Shown: positions 38,109-46,929 of the stretch, one piece after another
Numbering within the stretch: position 1 is the stretch's first letter
Layout: each line of letters opens with the position of its first letter
NCBI GenBank assembly: GCA_038895475.1
Contig: JAWANI010000002.1
Location: 30,871 to 94,870 of the forward strand
Reading direction: 5' to 3'
Origin: Candidatus Woesearchaeota archaeon
GTDB taxonomy: Archaea; Nanobdellota; Nanobdellia; Woesearchaeales; UBA9642
Length of the DNA: 64,000 bases
Position numbers and translations under genes: made by a program
The notes under the pieces: model-generated
What the model was told of the DNA's origin: nothing
Databases searched by the model: none
What the model saw: only the letters and a program-made list of their open reading frames with translations

Positions 38109-39080
38109 TTAAATATATTCTACTTTTATTTCTTTGAATTCTTTCTCAAGCATCGATATAACTTTTTTCGTTGGTTTGCCCGTAGTTATAAAAATACATG
38201 GCATTTTTTTCTGGTGAGAAAAAACAAGGGCTGTTGATAAATCTCCTTCGTTTATTGATTTTTTTTCCTTGGCCACACAATAAATATATTCATTATTATC
38301 GTGATTTTTTAAAACAAAAATATATTCTGTCTTCTTAATTTTCTCCTTGTTTATGATGTCTAAACCCAATGAATGAATTTTTGAAATAACTCTTTCTAAA
38401 AAATTACTTTTTTCTTTTTTATTTTTAATTTCTGTTTCTTCTGATTTATTGGAAGTGACTTTTTGTTTTTTCTGTGTATTCGTATTCTCTATTTTTTCAT
38501 TTGGGATAATTTCATTTACGGACGATTCTTTCATTTGATCTGAAATTGATTCTTTAACTTCTCTTATAGCAGAAGATAAATTGTTTTCTTGTTCAATAAG
38601 TTGTTTAGCGATTGTTTCTGCTTCTTCTAAGGACACCATAAAATACCTGTAAAATATTTCATCATTTAATTTAAACTGTTTTGCAAAATCTTTTATGTTT
38701 TTTAATGAAACCCTTATTAAAGGATCCTGTGAAGATTCCTTTAAAACTTTTTTTTCTTTTAACAAACTGACTGTTTTTTGGTCCTTGTCAGATAAATAAT
38801 TTGTAAATTCTTCTAGTTTTTGTTCATGTTCTGGCAGAAAATATAAAGGGCTTCCCCCTATTTTTAGTGATGAATATTTAACTTCTCCTGTGCTTATGAG
38901 TGTTGATAATATCGCCCCTATCAGCATTGTGTCTCCGCCAACAATTTTTACAATTTTAGTAGGAATACTTGGTCCTTGCTTAAGAACATCTAACACTTTC
39001 TCTTTTGGTATGTTTTGTAGCATAATTCTAAGGAATAGTATTTGTTTAAATAATTTTTCAAAAAATAAACAGAAAAACAC
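38109..39080 (-). CDS. hypothetical winged-helix-like protein with C-terminal alpha/beta (possibly PD-(D/E)xK-like) domain
   Basis: 323 aa in the track. The first 19 codons are hydrophobic junk, so the probable start is ATG 39023 (MLQNIPKEKVL). N-terminal helix-rich wH-like region, K/E/S linker, then a C-terminal YIFVLKN..YIYCVAKEKK..CIFITTG beta-rich module. Ends 7 nt before fen. Confidence 0.45.
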   Translation of the reverse strand: MFFCLFFEKLFKQILFLRIMLQNIPKEKVLDVLKQGPSIPTKIVKIVGGDTMLIGAILSTLISTGEVKYSSLKIGGSPLYFLPEHEQKLEEFTNYLSDKDQKTVSLLKEKKVLKESSQDPLIRVSLKNIKDFAKQFKLNDEIFYRYFMVSLEEAETIAKQLIEQENNLSSAIREVKESISDQMKESSVNEIIPNEKIENTNTQKKQKVTSNKSEETEIKNKKEKSNFLERVISKIHSLGLDIINKEKIKKTEYIFVLKNHDNNEYIYCVAKEKKSINEGDLSTALVFSHQKKMPCIFITTGKPTKKVISMLEKEFKEIKVEYI

Positions 39081-39106
39081 ATATTGATTAAAAAAATAAA
39101 AATACC

Positions 39107-39162
39107 TACACTGTAAGTATTAAAAATTAACTAATATACTTACAGTGTAAGTAAATATACTT
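39107..39162. promoter_or_regulatory. perfect 14-bp inverted repeat (plus adjacent short dyad) in the divergent promoter region upstream of metK
   Basis: tacactgtaagtat (39107-39120) and atacttacagtgta (39136-39149) are exact reverse complements separated by 15 nt. The dyad aagta-aata-tactt follows at 39149-39162. The ATACTT/AAGTAT hexamer therefore occurs four times. Confidence 0.45.
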
Positions 39163-39227
39163 CTAATAAAATGAAAAAAATAAAAATTTGAAAAAATTTA
39201 AAATAAATAAAAAAAACAACCTAAAAG

Positions 39228-40391
39228 GTGAAAAAAATGAACTACGAATTTACTTCAGAAAGCGTAACAGAGGGACATCCTGATAAAATATGTGACCAAA
39301 TATCTGATGCAATACTTGACGAATTATTAAAACAGGATCCTGATGCAAGAGTTGCAGTAGAATGCCTTACCACAACAGGAACAATACATGTGGCAGGAGA
39401 GGTAACTACAAAAGGATTTGCAGATGTACAAACAATAGCAAGAAATGTTTTAAAAGAAATAGGTTATACAGATCCACGATACGGAATAGATCATGAAGAT
39501 GCAGGCGTATGGGTTTCTATACATTCTCAAAGCCCAGACATATCACAAGGCGTTAATTCTTCTAAAAACAAAGAACAAGGTGCAGGAGACCAAGGAATGA
39601 TGTTTGGATTTGCATGCAATGAAACAAAAGAATTAATGCCCTTACCAATAATGCTTGCTCATAAACTAACAATGAGACTTTCAGAGGTTAGAAAAAAACA
39701 GATAATTAAAGGATTGGGCCCAGATGGAAAATCCCAAGTCACAGTAGAATATATAAACCAAAAACCTAAAAGAATCTCAACAATAGTAATAGCTCAACAG
39801 CATATAGAAGAAAAAACAGAAGAATCACTAAGAAAAGAAATAATAGAAAAAGTAATAATGCCTGTTTGCAAAGAATATATAGATAAAAACACAAAATTCT
39901 TTATAAATTCTACCGGAAGATTTGTAATAGGCGGTCCAGAAGGAGACACAGGAGTTACTGGAAGAAAAATAATTGCAGACACATACGGAGGAATGGGAAG
40001 ACACGGAGGTGGTGCTTTCAGCGGAAAAGATCCCAGTAAAGTTGATAGATCAGCAGCATATGCTTGCAGATATATAGCAAAAAACATTGTGGCTTCTGGA
40101 TTGGCAGATAAATGCGAAGTACAATTATCATACTCCATAGGTGTTGCTGAACCAGTCGGAATATATGTAGACACTTTTGGAACAGGCAAAATTCCTGAAG
40201 AAAAAATAATTGAACTTATAAAAAAGCACTTTCCTTTAAAACCTGCAGAAATAATAGCCCATCTTAAACTTAAAAGACCAATATACAAGAAAACAGCTGT
40301 TTATGGACATTTTGGAAGAAATGATCCAGATTTTACATGGGAAAAAACAGACAAAACAGAAATATTAAAAAAAGCATTAAAAAACAATTAA
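39228..40391 (+). CDS. metK: S-adenosylmethionine synthetase, bacterial/eukaryal MetK type
   Basis: [44 protein letters not shown]. The track start is GTG 39228; ATG 39237 (MNYEF) is more likely. Confidence 0.92.
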   Translation: MKKMNYEFTSESVTEGHPDKICDQISDAILDELLKQDPDARVAVECLTTTGTIHVAGEVTTKGFADVQTIARNVLKEIGYTDPRYGIDHEDAGVWVSIHSQSPDISQGVNSSKNKEQGAGDQGMMFGFACNETKELMPLPIMLAHKLTMRLSEVRKKQIIKGLGPDGKSQVTVEYINQKPKRISTIVIAQQHIEEKTEESLRKEIIEKVIMPVCKEYIDKNTKFFINSTGRFVIGGPEGDTGVTGRKIIADTYGGMGRHGGGAFSGKDPSKVDRSAAYACRYIAKNIVASGLADKCEVQLSYSIGVAEPVGIYVDTFGTGKIPEEKIIELIKKHFPLKPAEIIAHLKLKRPIYKKTAVYGHFGRNDPDFTWEKTDKTEILKKALKNN

Positions 40392-40407
40392 ACAAAAAAA
40401 ACACCGA

Positions 40408-40923
40408 CTACCATTTATCATAATGAATTCGCTCTTTTTTAAACCTATCAATTGCTGTTATCCTTTGAGCTGGAAAGCCAATAGAAACAAAAGATAAAGG
40501 CATAACATGAGGGGGGAGATTAAATAATTCTGAAAAAATTTTCATGCGTTCAGAATCAGGATAACTACTAACCCATACTGCCCCTAAACCAAGATCGTGT
40601 GCCGCCAACAAAATATTTTGTGTACATGCAGAACAATCCTGAACCCAAAACTCTTTATGTTTTAAGGATAACGACATATCTCCGCAAACAAGTATTCCTG
40701 CCCCTGCATCTTTAACAAAAGAAGCATACGGATGTCTTTCTGATATTTCTCTTAACTTATTCTTGTCTTTAACGACTACAAATTGCCAAGGCTGTTGGTT
40801 TCCTGCACTAGGTGCCATCATTCCAGCTCCTAAAATCTTTTCAATCAACTCATCAGAAACAGGCTCAGCAGTGTATTTTCTTATACTTCTACGTTCATAA
40901 ATTGTTTTTAAGGTTTCAGCCAT
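40408..40923 (-). CDS. nitroreductase family protein
   Basis: 171 aa. RRSIRKY and PSAGNQQPW. Noticeably higher G+C (about 35-42% in sampled 60-mers) than its surroundings. Confidence 0.8.
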   Translation of the reverse strand: MAETLKTIYERRSIRKYTAEPVSDELIEKILGAGMMAPSAGNQQPWQFVVVKDKNKLREISERHPYASFVKDAGAGILVCGDMSLSLKHKEFWVQDCSACTQNILLAAHDLGLGAVWVSSYPDSERMKIFSELFNLPPHVMPLSFVSIGFPAQRITAIDRFKKERIHYDKW

Positions 40924-41516
40924 CTTATTTCATAATAAGTAACATCTCCTTCATCATCAACAACACCAACCATTAACCTTTTTTTAGTGCTGTGCGCTAC
41001 CCTGTTTTTTGCTGCAAATTCATACCATGTTAATGTAGAACCTTCATGCACAGGATATATTATCCATCTTGCATGGTCTTCTCCTGGCTTAACACCCCTA
41101 TCATAAACCCTAAAGTCGGCCCCGAATTTTAATGCAGTCTTTATAATATATCCCCTATTTCTCATGTCTTTAAATACGCAATATCTTATCCAAAAATTTG
41201 ATTCTAACTTTGTTGCTTTTTTCAGTAAAACTTCAAAGGATAAAACTTTGTTTCTTGAATCTCTCAATTCAATTTTGTTTTTCTCTAAAAGATATAATGC
41301 TTCCAATAAAGACAATTGGATTTTCCCGGAATCTAAAATTGTACCATATCTTGACTGATTATACAATTCTCTTGATTCGTCTGAAGATTCAGCAATCACT
41401 CTTTCATTGGCGAACACTGCTTTAATTTTTTCTTTTCTCGGCTTGTTTTCTATAATTATTTCCTTAACTTTCAGTTTTGTTAAATCAGCATCCACTATTT
41501 CTTCAGGCATACCCAT
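40908..41516 (-). CDS. endA: tRNA-splicing endonuclease
   Basis: 202 aa. LSLLEALYLLEK, KFGADFRVY, VAHSTKKRL. Its 3' end overlaps the nitroreductase start by 16 nt. Confidence 0.8.
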   Translation of the reverse strand: MGMPEEIVDADLTKLKVKEIIIENKPRKEKIKAVFANERVIAESSDESRELYNQSRYGTILDSGKIQLSLLEALYLLEKNKIELRDSRNKVLSFEVLLKKATKLESNFWIRYCVFKDMRNRGYIIKTALKFGADFRVYDRGVKPGEDHARWIIYPVHEGSTLTWYEFAAKNRVAHSTKKRLMVGVVDDEGDVTYYEIRWLKP

Positions 41517-41589
41517 AGATAGTAAAAACCATTTTTAAATCTTTGCAAATTTCATAAAGATTATAAACAGATTCTTTGTCCCGAAACCC

Positions 41590-42096
41590 ATGAGCATAAA
41601 TGAATTGCTGGTTGAAAAAGAGAACTTAAAAAAATACAAAGAACTAGAATATTATCTGGATAAAATAAAGAATCAAAAAGTTATGATTCCAAGCGAAAAA
41701 AATACATATATGGAAGAGTTTAAAAATAAACTTGCTGGAAAAATATTAAATCATTATTACGCCTTTTTTAACGACAACTCTAATGATAATAAAAACAATA
41801 ATAACAATAATGATAAAAATAAAAACCTAAATTGGTATTTAAATTCTAATGAATTTCTAGTTGACATTTTACTCAGCAGCAGGGGTTCTTTAAATAAAAT
41901 TAGAGGAATAGAATTATTTTTGTTAGACACCTCTATATTCATTCCGTTAACTGAAAAAAAAATTTTAGATATTGGAAAAAAATTTTATACATATTCAAAT
42001 TCTCCTAAATATTTAAATGAAAACAAAGGTATTTTTTTCGAAATACCTTATAAAACACATAGAGAATATCATTTTTTAGAAATATATAAACCTTAA
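41590..42096 (+). CDS. hypothetical protein with poly-Asn tract
   Basis: 168 aa. Contains NDNSNDNKNNNNNNDKNKN low complexity. No motif recognised. Confidence 0.4.
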   Translation: MSINELLVEKENLKKYKELEYYLDKIKNQKVMIPSEKNTYMEEFKNKLAGKILNHYYAFFNDNSNDNKNNNNNNDKNKNLNWYLNSNEFLVDILLSSRGSLNKIRGIELFLLDTSIFIPLTEKKILDIGKKFYTYSNSPKYLNENKGIFFEIPYKTHREYHFLEIYKP

Positions 42097-42141
42097 AAAA
42101 AATTGTAAAAAATTTATAAATACAAAACAATATTTATTTAT

Positions 42142-42936
42142 GTGAAAAAAAAAGAAAGGATAAATTCTGAAACCACGGTTTTATGGAAAGTCTTCTTGAA
42201 AATACTTCTCACGCCTATAACAATATTTCTTGTATTGTTTGGTAAAAAAAACTGGAAAAAAATATTTGAACCAATAACCATTTTATTAAAATTTATTTTT
42301 GAAGCTAGACTCACAATAACATTAATTATTATAAACATAATTCTCTATTTTATATCTTTTCTGTTCGAAGAGAATTTGTTTCTGCAATATCCCACAGATT
42401 TTATTTCTAACAGATTTTACACATTAATAACTTCAGGATTCATGCACGCAAATTTAACACACTTAATAGGTAATATGGTCGCATTATTCGTATTTGGAAG
42501 AGTTGTTGAAAAAGAACTTGGTTATAAAAAAACCTTTATTATTTATTTTGGCGCACTATTAATTTCAGGAATATTCTTTTCCTCAATTAATCTGATAATG
42601 AACAACAACATTCCGGGAATAGGTGCTTCTGGAGCAATAATGGGTTTGATAGCTGCAGCAATACTACTAGATCCTTTCTATATTACTTTTGAACTAATAA
42701 TTCCCCTGCCAATAATGATTGTAGGATGGATCGCAATATATATGGATATAATAGGCATATTAAATCCTGTTAATGACGGGATTGGACATATAGCACATAT
42801 TGGCGGCTTTTTATCTATAAGCATAATATTGTTTCTTTTAGAGAAAAACGATAGACAAAAAATAAAGAAAGGATTCTATATAAATATATTTTCTGCAATT
42901 ATAGCAACACTCATTTACTTTTTACTACTAAAGTAA
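42142..42936 (+). CDS. rhomboid family intramembrane serine protease
   Basis: 264 aa. GFMHANLTHLIGN, catalytic GASGAIMG, and AHIGGF. Confidence 0.8.
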   Translation: MKKKERINSETTVLWKVFLKILLTPITIFLVLFGKKNWKKIFEPITILLKFIFEARLTITLIIINIILYFISFLFEENLFLQYPTDFISNRFYTLITSGFMHANLTHLIGNMVALFVFGRVVEKELGYKKTFIIYFGALLISGIFFSSINLIMNNNIPGIGASGAIMGLIAAAILLDPFYITFELIIPLPIMIVGWIAIYMDIIGILNPVNDGIGHIAHIGGFLSISIILFLLEKNDRQKIKKGFYINIFSAIIATLIYFLLLK

Positions 42937-43031
42937 TTACTAAAATAATTTTAGTATTAACCACCTTATTGAATAAACATTATACTATTATTTTATAAAC
43001 TTTTATAAAGAGAAAACCACTAACAATTCTT

Positions 43032-43949
43032 ATGGAATTAACATTTTTAGGAACATCATGTATGGTTCCTACCAAAGAAAGAAACGTTACGGGAATTTTT
43101 CTTAGTTATAAAACCTATGGGTTATTGTTTGATTGCGGTGAAGGCACTCAAAGACAAATGAATATAGCAGGAATAAACAGAAATAAAGTAACACACATAT
43201 TTATTTCTCACTGGCATGGGGATCATGTTTCTGGACTTATTGGATTAATACAGACATTGGGAAATCAAAATGTTCAAAATGAAGAGAGAAAAAAAATAAT
43301 AATATATGGTCCTAAAGAAACTGAGAAAAGAATAGAATATTTGCTCCAGACATGCATATTTGATAACAAATTATCAATGGAAGTTCATGAGATAATACCA
43401 AAAAATAATGAGTTATTGAAAATACTGGAAAAGGAAGAATTTTACATAGAAGCGGCATCCCTTGATCATGGAATACCTTGTTTAGGATATAAATTCATAG
43501 AAAAAGATCAAAGAAAAATAGATATGAAAAAAGCTTCAAAACTCGGACTTTCAGAAGGTCCATTAATAGGTAAAATACAGAAAGGATTATCAATTGAAAT
43601 AAACGGAAAAAAGATAACGCCTGAAATGTTATCAACATTAAAAAAAGGAAAAAAAATCGGCATAATACTCGATACAGGATTATGTAAAGGAGCTGCATTA
43701 ATTGCAGAAGATACAGACCTGTTAATATGCGAAGCATCATATTCATCTTCTATAGAAGAAAAGGCAGAAACAAATAAACATTTAACTGCAAAACAGGCCG
43801 CGCTTCTCGCATCAAATTCTAACACTAAAAAACTTATTTTAACACACATCTCACAAAGATATAAAACACCAGAAGAAGTACTGGAGGATGCAAAAAACAT
43901 ATTCGACAATGTGGAAGTCGCATATGACTTTATGAAAATCAAATTATAA
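43032..43949 (+). CDS. rnz: ribonuclease Z
   Basis: 305 aa. LTFLGTS...FDCGEGTQRQ and SHWHGDHVSG, with a metallo-beta-lactamase C-terminal HISQRY. Confidence 0.88.
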   Translation: MELTFLGTSCMVPTKERNVTGIFLSYKTYGLLFDCGEGTQRQMNIAGINRNKVTHIFISHWHGDHVSGLIGLIQTLGNQNVQNEERKKIIIYGPKETEKRIEYLLQTCIFDNKLSMEVHEIIPKNNELLKILEKEEFYIEAASLDHGIPCLGYKFIEKDQRKIDMKKASKLGLSEGPLIGKIQKGLSIEINGKKITPEMLSTLKKGKKIGIILDTGLCKGAALIAEDTDLLICEASYSSSIEEKAETNKHLTAKQAALLASNSNTKKLILTHISQRYKTPEEVLEDAKNIFDNVEVAYDFMKIKL

Positions 43950-44007
43950 ATCAAAACACAAAGTATCTCAATAGATTTTAATCAAACTAAATAAAAAAGC
44001 ATATCAA

Positions 44008-45564
44008 TTATTTTTTTGCAGATCTTTTTTTATTTCCTTTGATGTTTCTATTAATCCACACTTTTCTTGATGCATATTGTGCGGGGTTTTTTATTTTTTT
44101 GCAGAATTCATCAGGATTGCAGAATTGTGTGTCTATCATGTATCCTCGATTGTCACAATTTGGCGGAGGAAGTTTTTCTTTCTGGGTTTTATGGTAACGA
44201 AGTTGTCCTTTTATGTATGTGTCTCTAAGTTTTTCAGGACTGTTTCTTTCATTCCATTTTAAAACATAATCTTCTATCTGTTCATAAGACCAATTACAAG
44301 ATGATAAAAAATTTATAAGTATTAGAAGGGCACGTTTTTTTCCATCCTCAAGCCCTAAAGAGATTTTTTTTATACACGGAGGAAAATACTCTTCGGGTAT
44401 GGCTTTGGCATTAAGATCGGCATATTTTTCTCTTTTATCATTTTTATATATTTCTTTTAAGTAATCTTTTTTGTACTTTTCACTCTGAAAATCAAATGCT
44501 TTTTGGAACAACATTTCTGCCTCTCCACTAATACAGGAATCCCTATCTAAAAAAGGATGCGGTTTGAATTTTGAGATTTCTGCATCTGATTTCTCAAATT
44601 TCAATATTTTCTTTATATCAAAGGGAAGAGACACTAGGCCTGTTTTTTCGTGAAGGGAGTATGGCATTCTGTAAAGGTGTCTTGAACTTATTAGTATTGT
44701 ATCAACAGCAACTATTTTAGAAAGATCGAATTCTTTTCTTATTGAATCAGAACCACACTTACATATTCCTTTTTTAATAGGATATTTTTCCATAATCCTA
44801 TTGCATTTAGGACATTTCATAAATGGTTTTTCTGTTTCCTCTAAAGAATATTCACAGTACGGACAAATATACTGCACTTTATTAGAAGAAATATTTTTTA
44901 TTGTGGAATTGCACTTATTGCATTTTAATATAATCATATCTTCTTTTTTCGTTCCAGTATCTGTTTCAAGTTTGTTTATTGGCACAGAAACCTTTCCGAA
45001 TATAATATTTTTTTCATCAATAAATATCAGGTTCTTATTTGCATAATCAACCAAATATTCTGCAATTCTTCTTGGACCTTCTGGAAACATGTCTTTAACA
45101 TCTACATACCTGCCATCTATGTAATATTGTTTTTTTGGAAATGCTTCAAAGGGGACAGCTATATGAAATCCTTTGCTCCCGGAAAATTTTACTGTTACAG
45201 CATTTATACCATGATCTTTCAATGCTTTTATAAAAACATAAGCAGAAAGTTTACTAAACGCCCAATATGGACAATCAATATCTAATATTAAATCCCATCC
45301 TTTTCTTAAATTCTCAATTTCATTTTTCTTCATCTCTGTAGATATCTGTAATGGATCAATCCATAACTCTTCAGAACAATGAAATGATGTTGCGCCTTGC
45401 TTTGCTGCCTCTAAAATATCATTTTCATATCTTAATACATCGGGCCTTTTTCCCAATCTTTCCCCATATCTTACAGCAATCTCCTTATCCTGTGAATATT
45501 TAAGGATTAGTTTCTGCACATCTTTGCGTTTATAATAAGATAGTGTTTGTGATAAAGTAAGCAT
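44008..45564 (-). CDS. DNA primase: catalytic PriS fused to a PriL-CTD-like Fe-S domain
   Basis: 518 aa. The N-terminal part carries DLILDIDC (DxD) and FSGSKGFHI. The middle has Zn ribbons CNKCN..CPYCEY and CPKCN..CKCG. The C-terminal 140 aa or so carry FPPCIKK...PPPNCDN..QFCNPDEFC (4 Cys, PriL C-terminal domain pattern). Confidence 0.8.
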   Translation of the reverse strand: MLTLSQTLSYYKRKDVQKLILKYSQDKEIAVRYGERLGKRPDVLRYENDILEAAKQGATSFHCSEELWIDPLQISTEMKKNEIENLRKGWDLILDIDCPYWAFSKLSAYVFIKALKDHGINAVTVKFSGSKGFHIAVPFEAFPKKQYYIDGRYVDVKDMFPEGPRRIAEYLVDYANKNLIFIDEKNIIFGKVSVPINKLETDTGTKKEDMIILKCNKCNSTIKNISSNKVQYICPYCEYSLEETEKPFMKCPKCNRIMEKYPIKKGICKCGSDSIRKEFDLSKIVAVDTILISSRHLYRMPYSLHEKTGLVSLPFDIKKILKFEKSDAEISKFKPHPFLDRDSCISGEAEMLFQKAFDFQSEKYKKDYLKEIYKNDKREKYADLNAKAIPEEYFPPCIKKISLGLEDGKKRALLILINFLSSCNWSYEQIEDYVLKWNERNSPEKLRDTYIKGQLRYHKTQKEKLPPPNCDNRGYMIDTQFCNPDEFCKKIKNPAQYASRKVWINRNIKGNKKRSAKK

Positions 45565-45609
45565 GAATAAAAGAATAAAATAATGTTTATATATCTTTTG
45601 GGCGTGTGG

Positions 45610-45984
45610 CTAGTGTTTTTTTTTAATACATTTCTCGCATATACCTGTTACATCAATCTGAAAATGACATATTGTGCCTTTTATGTTTTTCTTTATAATC
45701 CCTATATCTTTTATGTTTATATGCTCTTTTTTTCCACATACTTGACAAACATAATGACAATGATTGCTTGAGCTTGTTGAATATATACATTTATTTTCAC
45801 AAATATATGAGTGAAGTTCTCTTTTATTTTTTTTATCTTTTAGAAACCTATATATTGTTGCTATACCGATACCTGATTTTTTAATACTTTCAAAATTAAA
45901 TAGGTCCTCTGCCGTAAAAAAACCTTTTATTTTTTTAATTTCTTGTTCCAATAGCTCTTTTTGTTTTGTCTTGCGTGACTTCAT
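45610..45984 (-). CDS. Fur-family metal-responsive transcriptional regulator (Zur/Fur)
   Basis: 124 aa. N-terminal wHTH (GIGIATIYRFLK) and metal sites CHYVCQVCGK...GICEKC. Divergent from a ZIP transporter. Confidence 0.7.
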   Translation of the reverse strand: MKSRKTKQKELLEQEIKKIKGFFTAEDLFNFESIKKSGIGIATIYRFLKDKKNKRELHSYICENKCIYSTSSSNHCHYVCQVCGKKEHINIKDIGIIKKNIKGTICHFQIDVTGICEKCIKKKH

Positions 45985-46017
45985 TTTGAATAATCAAATA
46001 TTTTAAGCAAATATTTC

Positions 46018-46054
46018 TTATTGATAATGAAAATCAATAACATATTTAAATATG
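46018..46054. promoter_or_regulatory. candidate Fur/Zur operator: two adjacent palindromes
   Basis: ttattgat-aatgaaa-atcaataa (46018-46040) has 8-bp perfect arms, and its core TGATAATGAAAATCA resembles the Fur-box TGATAATnATTATCA. A 14-bp perfect palindrome catatttaaatatg (46041-46054) follows directly. Both lie between the divergent Fur-family and ZIP genes. Confidence 0.45.
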
Positions 46055-46843
46055 TTGTTATTTCTTATTTTTATGGATACACAAACAATACTTTTCGGTT
46101 TATCAAGCGTAATAATTGTTAGCTTAATATCTTTAATAGGTGTGATTGTTTTTTTTCTTAAAGAATCAAAAGTAAAAAATATACTTTTATACATAGTTAG
46201 TTTTGCAGTAGGGGTGTTTTTAGGAGACATATTTATACATCTTCTCCCGGAATCGTTCAAAGAATATAACACATTAAACACAGCATTATATATTTTATTC
46301 GGAATACTCTTATCATTTACACTAGAAAAAATAATACATTGGAAACATAGGCATATACATGAAAAAGATGAACAGCATAAAAAACATCAACATACATTTG
46401 CAATAATGAATCTTTACGGCGATGCATTTCATAACTTTATAGATGGAATAATTATTGCAACAAGCTATGTAATAAGCATACCTGTAGGAATAGCTACAAC
46501 CATTGCAATAATACTTCACGAAATACCTCAGGAAATCGGAGATTTTGGAATACTACTTGCCGGAGGATTTTCTAAAACCAAAGCCATAATGTTCAATTTG
46601 ATAGTGTCTGCAACAGCAATATTTGGAACAATTGTAGGATTCATACTTATAGAAACAGAAGGTTTACTTGCATTCTTATTGCCTTTCTCTGCAGGAACAT
46701 TATTATATATAGTTTCTGCAAACCTCATACCACAACTTCACAAGAGCGCACATAAAGAAAACAGTTTAAAAGTAAGTGTTTTTCAAATTTTAAATATCAT
46801 CTTAGGAATAGGGGTTATGTTTGCATTAACATTATTAGAATAA
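46052..46843 (+). CDS. ZIP family metal (zinc) transporter, ZupT-like
   Basis: 263 aa. HEIPQEIGDF motif, His-rich loop HRHIHEKDEQHKKHQH, about 8 TM. ATG 46073 (MDTQTILFG) is the more likely start. Confidence 0.8.
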   Translation: MLLFLIFMDTQTILFGLSSVIIVSLISLIGVIVFFLKESKVKNILLYIVSFAVGVFLGDIFIHLLPESFKEYNTLNTALYILFGILLSFTLEKIIHWKHRHIHEKDEQHKKHQHTFAIMNLYGDAFHNFIDGIIIATSYVISIPVGIATTIAIILHEIPQEIGDFGILLAGGFSKTKAIMFNLIVSATAIFGTIVGFILIETEGLLAFLLPFSAGTLLYIVSANLIPQLHKSAHKENSLKVSVFQILNIILGIGVMFALTLLE

Positions 46844-46929
46844 AATTCAGAAAATAATAAAAATCATGAATATAAAATTAAAAATACTTTAACTTCATTA
46901 CTTCTTTAAATATTAATTCACTTCTTTAA

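Noticed and set aside
39794-40288. 164-aa minus-strand ORF inside metK
   Set aside because: Antisense shadow of a highly conserved MetK frame. The same explanation applies to 54389-54832 and 54872-55360 (antisense to mcm), 10615-11040, 11145-11504, 13803-14213, 14902-15360 (antisense to r-protein genes), 43508-43954 (antisense to rnz) and 61344-61700.
46018-46281. 87-aa minus-strand ORF
   Set aside because: It overlaps the ZIP transporter 5' end and the operator palindromes. The translation is low complexity and there is no support.
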